DNA of 64,000 nucleotides from the NCBI GenBank assembly GCA_040954595.2, contig CM082597.2, positions 6,349,849 to 6,413,848 on the forward strand. The letters run 5' to 3'. The translations under genes and the position numbers were made by a program. A model generated the notes under the pieces. That model did not search any database, was not told the origin of the DNA, and was given only the letters and a program-made list of their open reading frames with translations. Below are positions 1 to 12,700 of this stretch, one piece after another. The DNA comes from Balanoglossus misakiensis (lineage: Eukaryota > Animalia > Hemichordata). How positions within the stretch are numbered: the stretch's first letter is position 1; each line of letters starts with the position of its first letter.

Positions 1-492
1 TTCTGGTCATAAATGAATAATAAGGTTTTCTATTGGTTTGAAATAGATTCTGGGAGAGTTTTTTATCTTGTAAATGACATTTGAAGACTTAAGTTCAAAA
101 AAATCGTTCAAGAAATAGTCATACTACAAATTTTCAGAATGACCCAAATTTCATGACCTTTTGACCTCTATTGACCTCAATTCAAAACGAATTGCCACCA
201 AAATATATTATATTGGTAGAGTTCTAAAAAACACACAATTTGAGTGGTAAATGACTGTTCTGGCTTTAGTTTTGCTGGAGTTACAGCAATTTAAAGTTCC
301 CCTACCCCCAAAATTTGGGTCGGAAATTTTTAGGTTCTTACATTAGTTTTTGAGGGAAAAAATGCAGAAAGCTACTCGATAGGCAGGGCTATCACCCCAA
401 TTTATAATCTAGAGATATAGGCCTTTCCAAAAAACCATGTGAGGCTTTGTCCATCTTTCTGATACCAAATTCCTGTCTGGCCCATGGACTAC
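1..492. mobile_element. Probable interspersed repeat / DNA transposon fragment abutting exon 3 of gene C
   Basis: Non-coding, repeat-like sequence (tgacctttgacc, ending ...gcccatggacta) begins abruptly where coding similarity ends. Family not identified. Confidence 0.3.
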
Positions 493-1364
493 CACTGTCA
501 TGTATACCCTGACTGTACAGGTCATTGCAGGAGTTGCCTGGTCGGTGTGCAGTTCCAGGTTTCACACTATACATCACTAACCAGTTCTACATGGGTTCAA
601 ATAATAGAAAGCCATTATGATTGATTAAAGTTTTCTATATTGTGTAATGCTGTAAGACCAAATAACCAAATCATGACGTCGCCAGTTTTGCTGCTTATGT
701 ACTTAGGTGATCATATCGAAGGGAATTGAGAAACAATGTTTAACGCATGATTTTGATAGTAATATACTGCTTTTGAACCACGACTCAACGTACAACGGCC
801 TGGCATTATTCGCAAATGTTTTGTTGGAGAACAGTATACCGAGTCCCTTTTGTTTAAATGAAGCAGTTTGACATTTACGTGTATTCCACGTGTAGATTAC
901 AAAGATGATCATTCAGGAATATAGGTCATTGATAAATTACACCTTTACTCGTACCTCTCCATCACACAGTTCAACTTCTCTAGTGTCGCGAGAATACCGC
1001 ATCGTTCCTGCAATTTCGGGACAGCAGACCACGTCAGTCAGTTCAGGTAATTGTCCATTCCATGGGCACGAATGCTGTAAATATTTTAGAAATGTGTGTC
1101 TGATTTAAACTGAACGATATAACTTATATTTTTGTACTTGAGTGGGTCGCTCATACACTCTTTCTTACCAACGTTACACTAGTCTACACTAGTCTCTGTG
1201 TGGAGAATGTTGATCCCCTTCCCTCACATACATACATACATACATACATACATACATACATACATACATACATACACACATACATACATACACACATACA
1301 TACATACATACATACATACATACATACATACATACATACATACATACATACATACATACATACA

Positions 1365-1398
<34 letters not shown>

Positions 1399-3517
1399 CA
1401 TACACACACACACAGACAGAGACAAAACAGCTTTGGCCGTTTAACAAATCCCATTTTCGAAATAAAAGAAAACATTTCAATTTGGTGACAATAAATGTTG
1501 ACATGAAACAGCCACAGTTGTGAAAAGATGGTCTAAGTAATTTGTTGAATGCGAATTACCGACATTAACATTGCCAACCCAGGTCTCAGTGTGTTTACAA
1601 AATTCGATTGTACAGCTTTTAATATAACCAATGATTGTAAAGACAGGAAACAGTTGAGTAAATTATTAATTATTCTTAACAAACAAGCTGGAAGTACAAT
1701 GGAATAATCCCAGGGTACGCTGTATTTTGTCTGTTTGCATATGGGGTATGTTAATGTGTGATTTCCAATAGTGCTTCTTACTGTGAAGGATGTTGACACT
1801 GTATACGACCCGGAGCTTCCACCATTTCCTTCTGACGAACAGTTTGTACTCTGTGTGAGAGATGTTGAAATACGCATGCGTGGATCAATAGGAATAATCG
1901 GACTGCAAACACAACATTAGAAGCCAGTGTGAATGTTAATATATCAGATAGGTCACATGCGGACTTGAGCAAATTTCGTATCGGACGAACCTGTTTGTCT
2001 CGGTGTCTTCATTTAAAAAATAAACGTGTTAATTAACGCCGCGTCTTTAGGCCAGCGGGTGTCAATACACACTACCGCGCTACTGGCTAATGACATCTGG
2101 GCCATAAGACCCAGGGATTCAAACTGCGTTTTGGTTGCTATCGCAGGCAACATGCACAATTTTACCGTCGCCTTGTTTTGTATGGATGCATGACTTCTGG
2201 TATTTTTGAAAATTCTTATAACCTTATTTCAACCAATTATGGCGGGTTACAGTAGAATTATGCAAATCATTGAGGAAAATATGCACATTTAAACCTGTCT
2301 ATGATCTATCGCTGTAATACCCTTCATTATTATACATCTAGTGCCGAGAACAATAGATTTTAGCGTGCAATAAAAAGCCGTACGGAACGGTACGTACGGA
2401 ACGCGCGTTAAATAAGTTTTAGGTTTCAAGGCGCCCCAACTCACCGTGTACAGGTATGCGTTGTTATGCGGACGGTTTCAAGGCGCCCCCACTCCAACGC
2501 ACGTGCGCACACGTAAACAAAAAACAAAGATGGCTGCTCACTGAGTCAACTGAGCGGTTTTCGATCGATTGTATCGGCATTTTTGGCGTTTTGAAAGCCA
2601 AGTAACATGCAAAACAAGAACTAACGGAGATGTAAGATGTATAATAATAAGGTTATTACGAAAATACCGCAAAGTATGCACTCGGACATTAGCGCAGCGC
2701 ATCGCCCTCCGCTGCGCGTCGGGCGATACTTGGCGCTAATGTCCTCGTGCATACTTTGCGGTATTTTCGTAATAACCTCATAATATTTAAAAAAATGACC
2801 GTGGATACTTAATACCTAAAAATAAATACAAATAACAACTGAAAACGTTTGTACATCGACAGAAAACCCAATTTATGCTAGGGGCTATCAATATTCATAA
2901 TGTGTGTTAGATTCTGCAAGGCAGCGTTCACAAACACCTCAGGAGGGGGGGGTGTTCCCTTTTTTCAGATATCACCTCTAGCTATTAAGCACCCTAATTG
3001 TTTCCAAGTACAAACCATTCCTACTCAAAATAATTGTGTTGGTGTCCCCCTTGATGAGAATATGCCCTCCCATACCAGCGCAAACCCCACTGCAGTCACC
3101 ACGACCTACTTGGATCTGCAGTTGCTGTCATGCCCAGTCTATGCTACGGTTTTCTGCTTCGTCCATTCTAAAATTATCTAATTTCAGGGATTTTCTAATG
3201 TTTATCAACAAACAAATGCGGCGCGACGACCCCTAAACTTTAAATAGCCCCAACTTTGCTTCGCCTTTTTGATTTGTAATGGGTTCAAGTTAACCAGGTT
3301 GTACTTGGTGAGTATTGAATTATACTCTGACAAACTGACCGTATTGTCATTTGCATCGGTCACTCAAATCCAAAAATACACACACTTATTGCCAAAGATC
3401 AGGTAATAACTTCTGTTTTGACCGAAGAATACGACTGCGTGGACTTACCTCTACGGCCTCAGTGTAACGATAGCAGACACCAACAAACCAACACAGAAAA
3501 AACACTCGACAAATCAT
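493..3517 (-). CDS. Gene C (partial): secreted protein with signal peptide, a Cys-containing 'GTMRY...CDG.NW' module and the apparent start of a fibrinogen-related-like domain; 3' end missing or interrupted
   Basis: Exons 3517-3449 (MICRVFFLCWFVGVCYRYTEAVE, donor GTAAGT), 1074-955 (HSCPWNGQLPELTDVVCCPEIAGTMRYSRDTREVELCDGE) and 586-493 (NWLVMYSVKPGTAHRPGNSCNDLYSQGIHDS) join in phase 0/0. SCxDLxxxGxxxSG resembles the N-terminus of fibrinogen-related domains. The donor after exon 3 (GTAGTC) is weak. Confidence 0.65.
1225..1412. repeat. (TACA)n microsatellite
   Basis: Direct reading; source of the spurious HTYI/MYVC ORFs. Confidence 0.97.
1590..2008 (-). repeat. ~400-bp dispersed element, inverted copy of 4265-4635 (a third, more diverged copy lies at ~3670-3960)
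   Basis: atttccaatagtgcttcttactgtgaagg (1761-1789) is the reverse complement of ccttcacagtaagaagcactattggaaat (~4464-4492); tgacgaacagtttgtactctgtgtgaga matches tctcacacagagtgcaaactgttcgtca. Confidence 0.8.
2326..2782 (+). mobile_element. ~455-bp non-autonomous element with a terminal ~130-bp hairpin (Crypton-like; family X)
   Basis: Near-perfect palindrome aggttattacgaaaataccgcaaagtatgcac...gtgcatactttgcggtattttcgtaataacct (2650-2778); ATTATTATACATCT at the left end with an inverted copy at ~2635; near-identical inverted copies at 56702-57603 and a degraded one at ~8210-8600. Confidence 0.8.
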
Positions 3518-5074
3518 TGTACATGTACGAACGCAAAATACCAATCGACGCCTTATGTGAAAATGTGGCCGCTATCAACTGCATTCAACACATCTAGAAT
3601 GTGAGGTGACGCATTAGTGTTTATATGTGCAAAAAATGGCTATTCTTGACAGTGATGTATCACCAAAATATGAACATTCACGCTGGTTACTGATAGGTTG
3701 TTAACAATCCAAATATTTGTTGTTTTCTTCACACATCTCACACAGAGCTCGAACTGTCAGTTTGTCGGCAGGTAATGGCGGAAAAAAACTCCGCAGAAAT
3801 AAGTACAATTGGACATCAAACATTAAGATACACACAGGAAAAAATACAGTTTACCCTTGTATTATTTCATTTCACGTTATTTGTAACAAACATGTGTAGA
3901 TAATATTGTTAAACTGCTCGCTTCTATTTCTAATAATTCATCATTTTAAAAGTTCGAAAAACAGGTTATATTGAAATTTGAACAATCAAGTTTCACCAAC
4001 ACACGGTGTCTGTGATAGACTACGGGAGTCGCTAAGTTACAGTTTGTAATACGCATGCAATAAATTACTTACAAGTCAAGCGCGGTGACATAGTGTTTCT
4101 GTTTTTCATATCATTTTAATAAATACTGAAGTCCCCACTTTTGGCACCTTATGTGAAAATTTCAAGATAATGACAAGATTCTAGCACTGTTTTCTCAAAA
4201 TTCTACATGTAAGGCTATGGAATGTGATAACCACGCACTGCATCTGGGTCGTCATCAACACACTAAGACACGCCGATTTGTCCAACAGAAAATGTGTTCA
4301 TGTCTGCAGTTGACCCATCTGATATGTGCACATTCACGCTGTTTCTAATATGGTGTTAACAATCCATTAATTAGTTTTTTTCAACATCTCTCACACAGAG
4401 TGCAAACTGTTCGTCAGCATCAAATGGTGGCAGTGCCGGGTCGTCCTTATACAGTGTCAACAACCTTCACAGTAAGAAGCACTATTGGAAATCAAACAGT
4501 AACATACATATGCAAACAAAATACAGTGTAGCCTGGGATTATTTCATTACACATTACAAGCTTGTTGAAATTCAAATAATACTTTGCAAACCTGTTTGTT
4601 TCTTGTCTTTCCAAACTTTGGTTATATTAAAGCCTTAGCACGAAGTGAGATTATTCCGCATTATGTAAATAAGGTATAAATATTCATGAGGTCTGGATAA
4701 ACCCCAAGACGCATATGCTAAACAGTTTACTCCCTTGGCCACGCCACTGGGGGAGTTAGACCATGGAAGCTGGATGTTCCACATACCCTGTCATGGCGAC
4801 ACCTGGTCTTTCGGCTACACGCTTCGCACAAGCTCATGGCTCTACGACACCTAGTCAACCTTCTACTAGTGGCTGGAACACCAATACGAAACGCATGCTG
4901 CAGAAGTTATGCTTTACTGTTCAAGATGTTTTTATTACTTTAGATCTCTTTTCAGATACGCATCATTGAACGTAACTGAATGCTTGTCCTAAATTGTAGC
5001 GAGTAGATATGTTTTGCACACGGTTCTTTATTGACGCAAGCTATAAAAAATGGAATAGTATTACAGTGAGACAA

Positions 5075-5236
5075 GCCATGAGCTCAAGTGTAGTGAGAAT
5101 AGAGGCGCCATGAGCACAAGTGTAGTGAGAATAGAGGCGCCATGAGCACAAGTGTAGTGAGAATAGAGGCGCCATGAGCACAAGTGTAGTGAGAATAGAG
5201 GCGCCATGAGCACAAGTGTAGTGAGAATAGAGGCGC
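5075..5236. repeat. 32-bp minisatellite, 5 copies
   Basis: gccatgagcacaagtgtagtgagaatagaggc repeated with period 32. Confidence 0.95.
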
Positions 5237-6286
5237 TCTTATAATGACTGTTATACAAGGCGCTCAATGTACAGTATGTTCTTGTAAGATGCTTATGAAA
5301 ATATATATTGCTTGATCGCTGGGGTAGGGTAAAAAGCATTTGAAATTTTTACATTCCTCACATAGTGAGAGACGATCGATTTTTGGAATGGTGATATTGA
5401 GGGGCGGGCTATGTCGTATTTGGGTAAATTTTGCAGATACTTTTGTACCATATGTGCTGAATTCATACTCGCATATGTCCTCAGCAACATATCCCGCAGC
5501 AGAAGTAAATCAATATCTGAATAATGCAAATGTTAAATGCAGACGACATGAGAGGCGGTAGAATATAATTACAAATTGTATTTCTAGAACTACAGAATTT
5601 GAGAATAAGAAATGTGACCAAAAATAAATTAAAGCCACTCTCATAAGATCTAATCCAGGGCCCTTTACCGGAGGGTTAACCTCTTGGAAACCGTATTGTA
5701 GCATTATCATTGGTGTGGTCAATGCATGAAATACAAGCCATTGAATATATATCACATGTACACTCAAGAGAAATGTTTTTTTGCTGGACAATATGCCGAA
5801 TTTCCATTAGTTGGGTGAAACAGATGTTTTATACATAATCCCCAGTGGTTTTGACAGGTACACTTTAATAATTAATTCCCCTGTCTTCAATTTATTTATT
5901 TGTTTACTTACCGAACGCAACAAGTTTATTCATTCATTCCTTTTCATCTTTTGACTGTCATAAATACTTAAATAGCAATTTCACGCATTACTGAACTGGT
6001 GCGTACATAATTAAATCGCATATACAAGATCATCGCTAGACGCAACGCCCGAATCATCAAATTACAACCCATGAAACATTTCCAATGCGAGCTACTTCCA
6101 CGATCTAACATGGCAGTGCACAGTAAACACCTATCTAGCACCCTGTGTTGATATTTACACTTAATTCCTTGAGTTAAACAATAGACCAGTGAAACTTGGC
6201 ATTCGAAATTTGCAATACTGTTTTCAAACTTAATTTCCGACGAGTTTTAATTGTTCAAACATGCACCCCTTTACACTTTTCATTGT

Positions 6287-6748
6287 GCCCTTCAGCAGGT
6301 AACGTGTGTACATGCACAAAGACTATCTTCTTGTTATCTCGAGGTTAGGGACAATTGACGCAGTAACGTTCCAGTTGGTTGGTCCTAACGACCCCTAGGA
6401 TGTATCTGCTAACAAAAAAATGAAAGGAGACAGCATAGCGTCTCCATTTATCCCATGGTCTGTCCGTTGGGTGCAATTCTTTACAGAACATAATAATTTA
6501 TCAAGTCCCCTGAACACTGTTCAACATGTCCTTCAGCAGTTGAAGTGTGTACATGCTCAAAGACTTTCTTCTTGTGATCTTGAGAAAAGTGTTGGGGCAA
6601 TTGACGCAGCAACGTTCCAGTTGTTTGGTCCAAAAAGACCTCGGAGGTATCTGCTAATAAATAAACATGAAAGAACACGGCATAGCGTCTCCATGTAGTC
6701 TTTGCTCAGTGGTTACAATTCTGTGTAAAACAAGCATAATTTATCAAG
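6287..6748 (+). repeat. ~242-bp tandem duplication directly upstream of the gene A TATA box
   Basis: ccttcagcag...gtgtgtacatgc.caaagact.tcttcttgt...caattgacgcag.aacgttccagttg...gcatagcgtctccat...cataa..tttatcaagt occurs twice. Confidence 0.85.
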
Positions 6749-6755
6749 TTGTTAA

Positions 6756-6762
6756 TATAAAA
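6756..6762 (+). promoter_or_regulatory. Candidate TATA box of gene A
   Basis: TATAAAA starts 40 nt and 64 nt upstream of the two in-frame ATGs (6796, 6820). Confidence 0.5.
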
Positions 6763-6795
6763 GATGATCGCAGATAAGCCGCACAACTCGCAACC

Positions 6796-9700
6796 ATGAC
6801 TTGCCGGAGAAGCTGTAAAATGTTACGAGAGTGTCGTGAAATACCTTCGACGTTGACTCTCATCGCTACATTCGTGATGTTGTCGATGACATTTCTGCAG
6901 CAAGCAGGTAAAACACTAATTTTAGTTTTTTTTTAACTTTGGAACGTTTGAAGTTCCTCAAAACAGAAGCTCATAAATATTATCATTGTTTCATGCATGG
7001 TTGTAATAAGAATAACGATTTGATATGCAGATTGCAACAGCTTTTATGGATGGATGAGTCACGCCAAAGCGTACACGTTTTGTGAGCGGTTAGGTCTTCG
7101 CCTTGTTAAAGACGACAGCGAAGAAAAACACACAGCTATTGTAAAAGCAATAAATGAACGAGGCCTTGTAGACTGGTGGTTCTGGATAGATGCTCGACGG
7201 ATTCACAATGGAAGCGTAGCCACAAGAGACGGGGACATTTTGACTCACATGCCGTGGATTGGTGGAAATAAGGGTGGGAAGTGCATCGCATTCACGTGAG
7301 TTGACGGTTTTAAAAAATATATTGAAATATAAACATATTTTTGTGGTCATTTTAAGGCCAAATTAAACCTTTTAGAGCTTCGGAAGTAAAAATTACGATG
7401 CTAAATATACAAAATTTATGAAAATTGCGAGAATCACGCAAGAACTATGACGTCATTCTTCTACGCTACGGCGGCCAAAGATATAAAAAATGCAAAATAA
7501 AATAAAAACATTTCCCTACTGTTTTTGAAAACCATGTAATCGGAACAGCACATATTTATTTATTTGGCCTAATATAGCTTAACTTTAATCAATCATAGGA
7601 ATCATGTGCAGAGGCATGCAATCTTTAAATATATATCAGTAGGGACAGAATTGAATTTTCATGATATCCAGATGTTACAATCGGCAATGTCTTCAGAAGA
7701 ACATTATTGGCAATTGCACACCTATATATACCTCGAGTTTATGGGAAATTTCATTCTGCAAGTTTGAGATATGTCCAGTTTCGTCTCATTGTTACCTTTG
7801 AACACCAGACTTTCTCTGCAAAATGTGGTACAACATTTTACCTTATTTGTCTACTTGCCTATTTTTTCTAAATTCAAGTTAACCCCGGGTCTTAAACAAA
7901 TTAAGGGGAAAATGTAGACTTTCATCAATGTTTAATTCACAGCCAACCACTATGGTACTATCAGTCGTGTTGGTTAAGCAGTGCCGCTTTATGTGAAAAT
8001 GCAAGTAAGTTATATTTTAATTAAGATCTTTGCAACTAGATCATGGTATTCCTAGCGAGTGATTTAATCTATTCTGTTTTTGCCATTCTATAACATTTAA
8101 TGTTGTCTTTTTAGTCACGTGATTCAGTATCACGGGAGTAATGTCATCACCTTTTTAGCTCACGTGTTCACACACGTGAGATAATGTCACCGCCTTTTCT
8201 GTGTACTGTGAGGGTATTACGAAAATACCGCAAAGTATTAGCGCCGGGTATCGGATGTGCTGCGCTAATGTCCGAGTGCATACTTTGCGGTATTTTCGTA
8301 AAACCTTATTATTATACATCTTACATCTCTGTTAGTTCTTGTTTTGCATGTTACTTGGCTTTCAAAACGCCCCAAATGCCGATACAATCGATCGAAAACC
8401 GCTCAGTTGACTCAGTGAGCAGCCATCTTTCTTTTTTGTTTACGTGCGTTGGAGTGGGGGTGTCTTGAAACCGTCCGCATAACAATGCATACCTGTACAC
8501 GGTGAGTTGGGGCGCCTTGAAACTTAAGGCTATTTAACACGCGTTCCGTACTACCATTCCGTGTGGATTTTTAGTGCATGCTAAATTCTATTGTTTTTTT
8601 CTATTGTTTTTTTTGTTGTTTTCCTAGAATATGGACGAGGAATAAAGGGTTTATTATATATGCCGAAATAAAACTTTTTTTCGTTTTCGATTTTTACGGT
8701 TAATAAATGGCGTTTTCTCCTAATCTGCAGCAACTTTCGACTTAACTACCACAGTGAATGATATGGTGGCTACAAACCAGCTATGTGAGAAGCTTGGGAT
8801 GCGTCTTCTGACTGATACCACTGAATGGAAAATCGACCAGTACTGTGTGTCCTCTATTTGCGATCAATGGCGGCCGAAATTATGGCTTGATGCCAACATC
8901 ACGGCAGATGGCTCTGTGAAGACAAGCAGCGGTGTGATATTGGAACACACGCGTTTCGCTCCCAACCAGACTCTTGACGTCGGATCGTGTATTTACGTAC
9001 AGTGAGTCGCTGTCTGTTCAAACTATTTTCCACAAACCGTAGATATAGTTTATGATTGCTTTCGTGGCTTTAATTGTTATAGAGTTGGAACTTTCGAGAT
9101 TACATGGGAGATATGATGGTTTTCTTATCCCAAAGGTTACACTCTGTTGCTAAGCATTCACTATATTTGCACTATTTCTGGTATTTTGTCAAGTTTGAGT
9201 TTTATGTTTTGCCTTTTGGTAACTAACTGTACCTGCTATATCGTCTTGAATTGCAAACCACGATGTGAGCAGGATACTTTACAGCTAACGCTGATTGCAA
9301 TATCATTCCAACATGGGCCTTACAGCATAGTAGACAGTGGATGTAAGAAATTTATGGGAACCATGCCATACCAAATCTGACTTAAATATTTAGAGATTTG
9401 GAAAACTAAGCCAGGGTATGGCTGCACGTTTAATGATTTTTGTTCGATAATGCCAACTGTGCAGGTTGGTCATAAGGCCATTCTATAGAGATCATTCTAC
9501 ACACCGTATAGTGATCATTATATATATTTTCTATGATGATCATTAAAGACACTGTACAGTAATCATTGTGCACATTGTAAACTTCAATAAGCATTGAACA
9601 GTGAATCTTTATACAGGTGTAATTGTAAATGTAAATGGTTCACTGACGACTGTGATAACCCAATGAGTTTACTTTGCGAGGCTAACGGTAAGCATTTTGA

Positions 9701-12700
9701 GACATCAGCGATAAATCTTGTTTCCTGCACATTTGACCACCTGTGTAGTTCTGTGGTGTGTATACATTCAACATTTGCCATTATGCATGGAATGTATAGA
9801 CAACTGCATAAGCATATAATAACCATTACTTGTTGCTTTCGGTAAACGGATAATTGAAACAAAAGTTGTATTAAACATCTACGTGTTCGTGTCATAACCA
9901 GGTAAGATTATGCACATATATTAACATCTGTTGGACACAATTAATTGAAATTCGGCGTATTGTCTGGCAAACCTACACTTCCCTTTGAGTGCACATTTAA
10001 TTTACACGTATGTTAAATGGTTTGCATCCTTGTCTACACCAATGGATAATGCTAAAGTGCTTCATCCAAATGAAAGGGGCTCCCAAGTACATTTTGATAT
10101 CGTCACATTTTATTACTCTCCAACTTCGCAAGTTCGAGAGTAAGAAGACATGTAATAATTAATGCATGAAATTACTATCACATATGAATACCATAAGCCT
10201 AAAAAGGAAAGGAAATGATTAAACATATTGCTTCAGGCAATGCATGAATTTAAATACAGGTTGTTGACAATGGGGTTCAGGTCACACCCTGGGAAGATTA
10301 CGTTTAAGTACATTTGTTGGATTGCACAGAAATGTGGCATTTACTGGCCAACATGTCTTCTGAGGAAACGTGTTATATATTCAGTTTTATTTAAATCAAT
10401 AGGGCTTCCCAATTTATGAAATGAAATTTTTGCCACCGCTCACATTATCTGTGTTTTACATTTGCAACATTCAGATGATGACTTACTGCTGCTGCGGGAG
10501 AGGCTGGTCAAGATAAGTGACAATGAATTCAGAACAGCAGATGTGGTAAGAAAGGTTCCAATCATTTGAGACTGATGTAATGCACTGTATTGTATACAAC
10601 CACAAGTAAGCGAAATGCCATTAAACATTCATTATAGGTCCTTATAGGATATGACTGTTTTGTGACAACTAAAGCTACATACTAAATGATTCCAAAAAAG
10701 TTATAAAGCCACGTACTAAATAATGTTCTTTTCTTTTTCCAGGGTATTAGTGTAATTGACAAGTTGGACAATTTAACCTCTGACCTTTCAACGAAACGTG
10801 TTATATTTAAAGGAAGAATTCTCTTTGCAAAAGGTAGGCCTATTCTTATATTTTGTTGTATTAACCACTATGATTCAGTGACATCGGTTTCCATGACAAC
10901 ACCATCCACATTGAACATCTACAATATTCATATCAGACGCAGAAAGATGGGCCCTTGCAATTGTCAAAAATATCGAAAATGCGTCAACAACTTTTTCAGA
11001 GGCCCATTTCTCATCAAAGACAACGTTAAAACCCCCATACACCATATATATTCTGGAAGCTGAGTTTTTGAACTTTTGTTTGAGTTGCATATATTATTGA
11101 TCCCCGGAAATGGTGGCGTTTTGGGGTTAAAAACCCCATTTTTGATATTATGTCATTAAATTTAAATTAGGTAAAAAGGTTGACCATGCATCATGCATCT
11201 TAATATGTCATTAATATGTCATTCGAAACTAGAGTACACGTGCAAAAAAACTGTAATTTTGTTTTGCGTTAACTGCTTCCATTGAGGAGTAACAGCGTTT
11301 GAAAGTTAGATATTTAGAAAATTTGATCAAATTCACGGTGAGTTGTATTGAATCAGAGTTTATTCCCGTCAGGGAAACTTTATCGACTAAAAACAATCCG
11401 TTTTGTTGGATGGGTCATACACAATCCCCTGTTAAAATTTGAGCAAATTCGGCCAACGCAGAGCGAAGCTAAATTCTTTTGAAGTTGTTAAGAGCAGCGA
11501 AAATGCAAACTGAGAAAAACGGCTATTTGCATTGTTGACACCTATTTGTTAAGCTGTGAACTCATTCAGAAAAGTGCTATTTGTGGGTTATTATGCACCA
11601 TTTCCGCCAAGACGTATTAGTCCTCCGGGCATAGGTGGAAAGCCGAGAAAGACAGTCAGACAAAGTGAGATAAGATAGTTTTAAATGCCATTGTTTACAT
11701 ATTTCAGAAACACTGAATGTCATGCAAAAGGTGATAGACATAATGCAGTCCCTAATTGACGCCAATCCGAGCGAGAAGCTGAATCCTGGGCAGGCAAATC
11801 ACCTGACAAAGATAACAACGAAAGTATTCGACCAGTTATCAATGTTTATACTGAACGAGGCTAATTATGGACATGGACCAATCATCGTGAACACATCTTC
11901 TCTTGTGCTGCATCTGGAAAAGAACTTTGTGCAGGACTTGTGCGACACCAATGTAATGATTGGAGATGGAAGTGGATTCATTATTCCACCAGCAGACAGT
12001 ATGTTTCCACAATTGTCGTGGGACACAGTCTTGTACAGAATGGTTTGTATACAACGTCTATAATCAGAAAACAATCTCACTTTCGTTTTCTATCATACAT
12101 TGCTGTATTCTTGTATGTTGTTATTTGTTTAACTTTTGGTCATTAGGATTCTTCCGCCAGTCAAGTCATTATGGGAATGAACTATACGCGAATACTTGTG
12201 TTGAATTAGTGCACACATTGTCATTTTCTTTTACAAAATAAGTCCATAAACATTTCTACTTATGATCTTTGGTTTAAAGTACAATTCTGTTGTTGTCATA
12301 ATGCGACCGGGTGGTCGAGGAATAATTTAAATGTTTTTTTTTTATAGATTTTCCGATTCGGTGGGAATCCTCACAGATTGGCAAATAGGACATATGGCTT
12401 CACTACCGATATACTGACCCTGGAATTCAGAGATGAAGATGGTAATGAGATTAAAGGTTGGTTTTCATTAAGGCCATCAATGGCATCCTAACAGTCGCAT
12501 GGAACTCGCAAAAGTACTTAAATCTTTGGAAACAACGTTCATTTCTGAAACTTCAGTGTCATAAAGAAAAACTTAATTTTATGGATATAATCAATTACCG
12601 AGAAACATATCATTTTACCAGTTAATGTGGCACCATTAAAACTCAAATTGAAAAGGCGCATTCCTTCTTTTAATCAACTTTACACAGAAACCCAGCGATA

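Noticed and set aside
1184-1523. Long ORFs with MYVC/HTYI repeats (also 32096-32395, 35296-35595, 39683-40074, 45888-46508)
   Set aside because: Translations of microsatellites that lack stop codons; no splice or domain support
5075-5236. 32-bp repeats of CRISPR-like length
   Set aside because: Head-to-tail with no spacers; an ordinary minisatellite in eukaryotic DNA
8150-8200. ttttagctcacgtg...cacgtgag, resembling a Helentron/HINE 5' end
   Set aside because: Too short, and interrupted by family X, to support an element call
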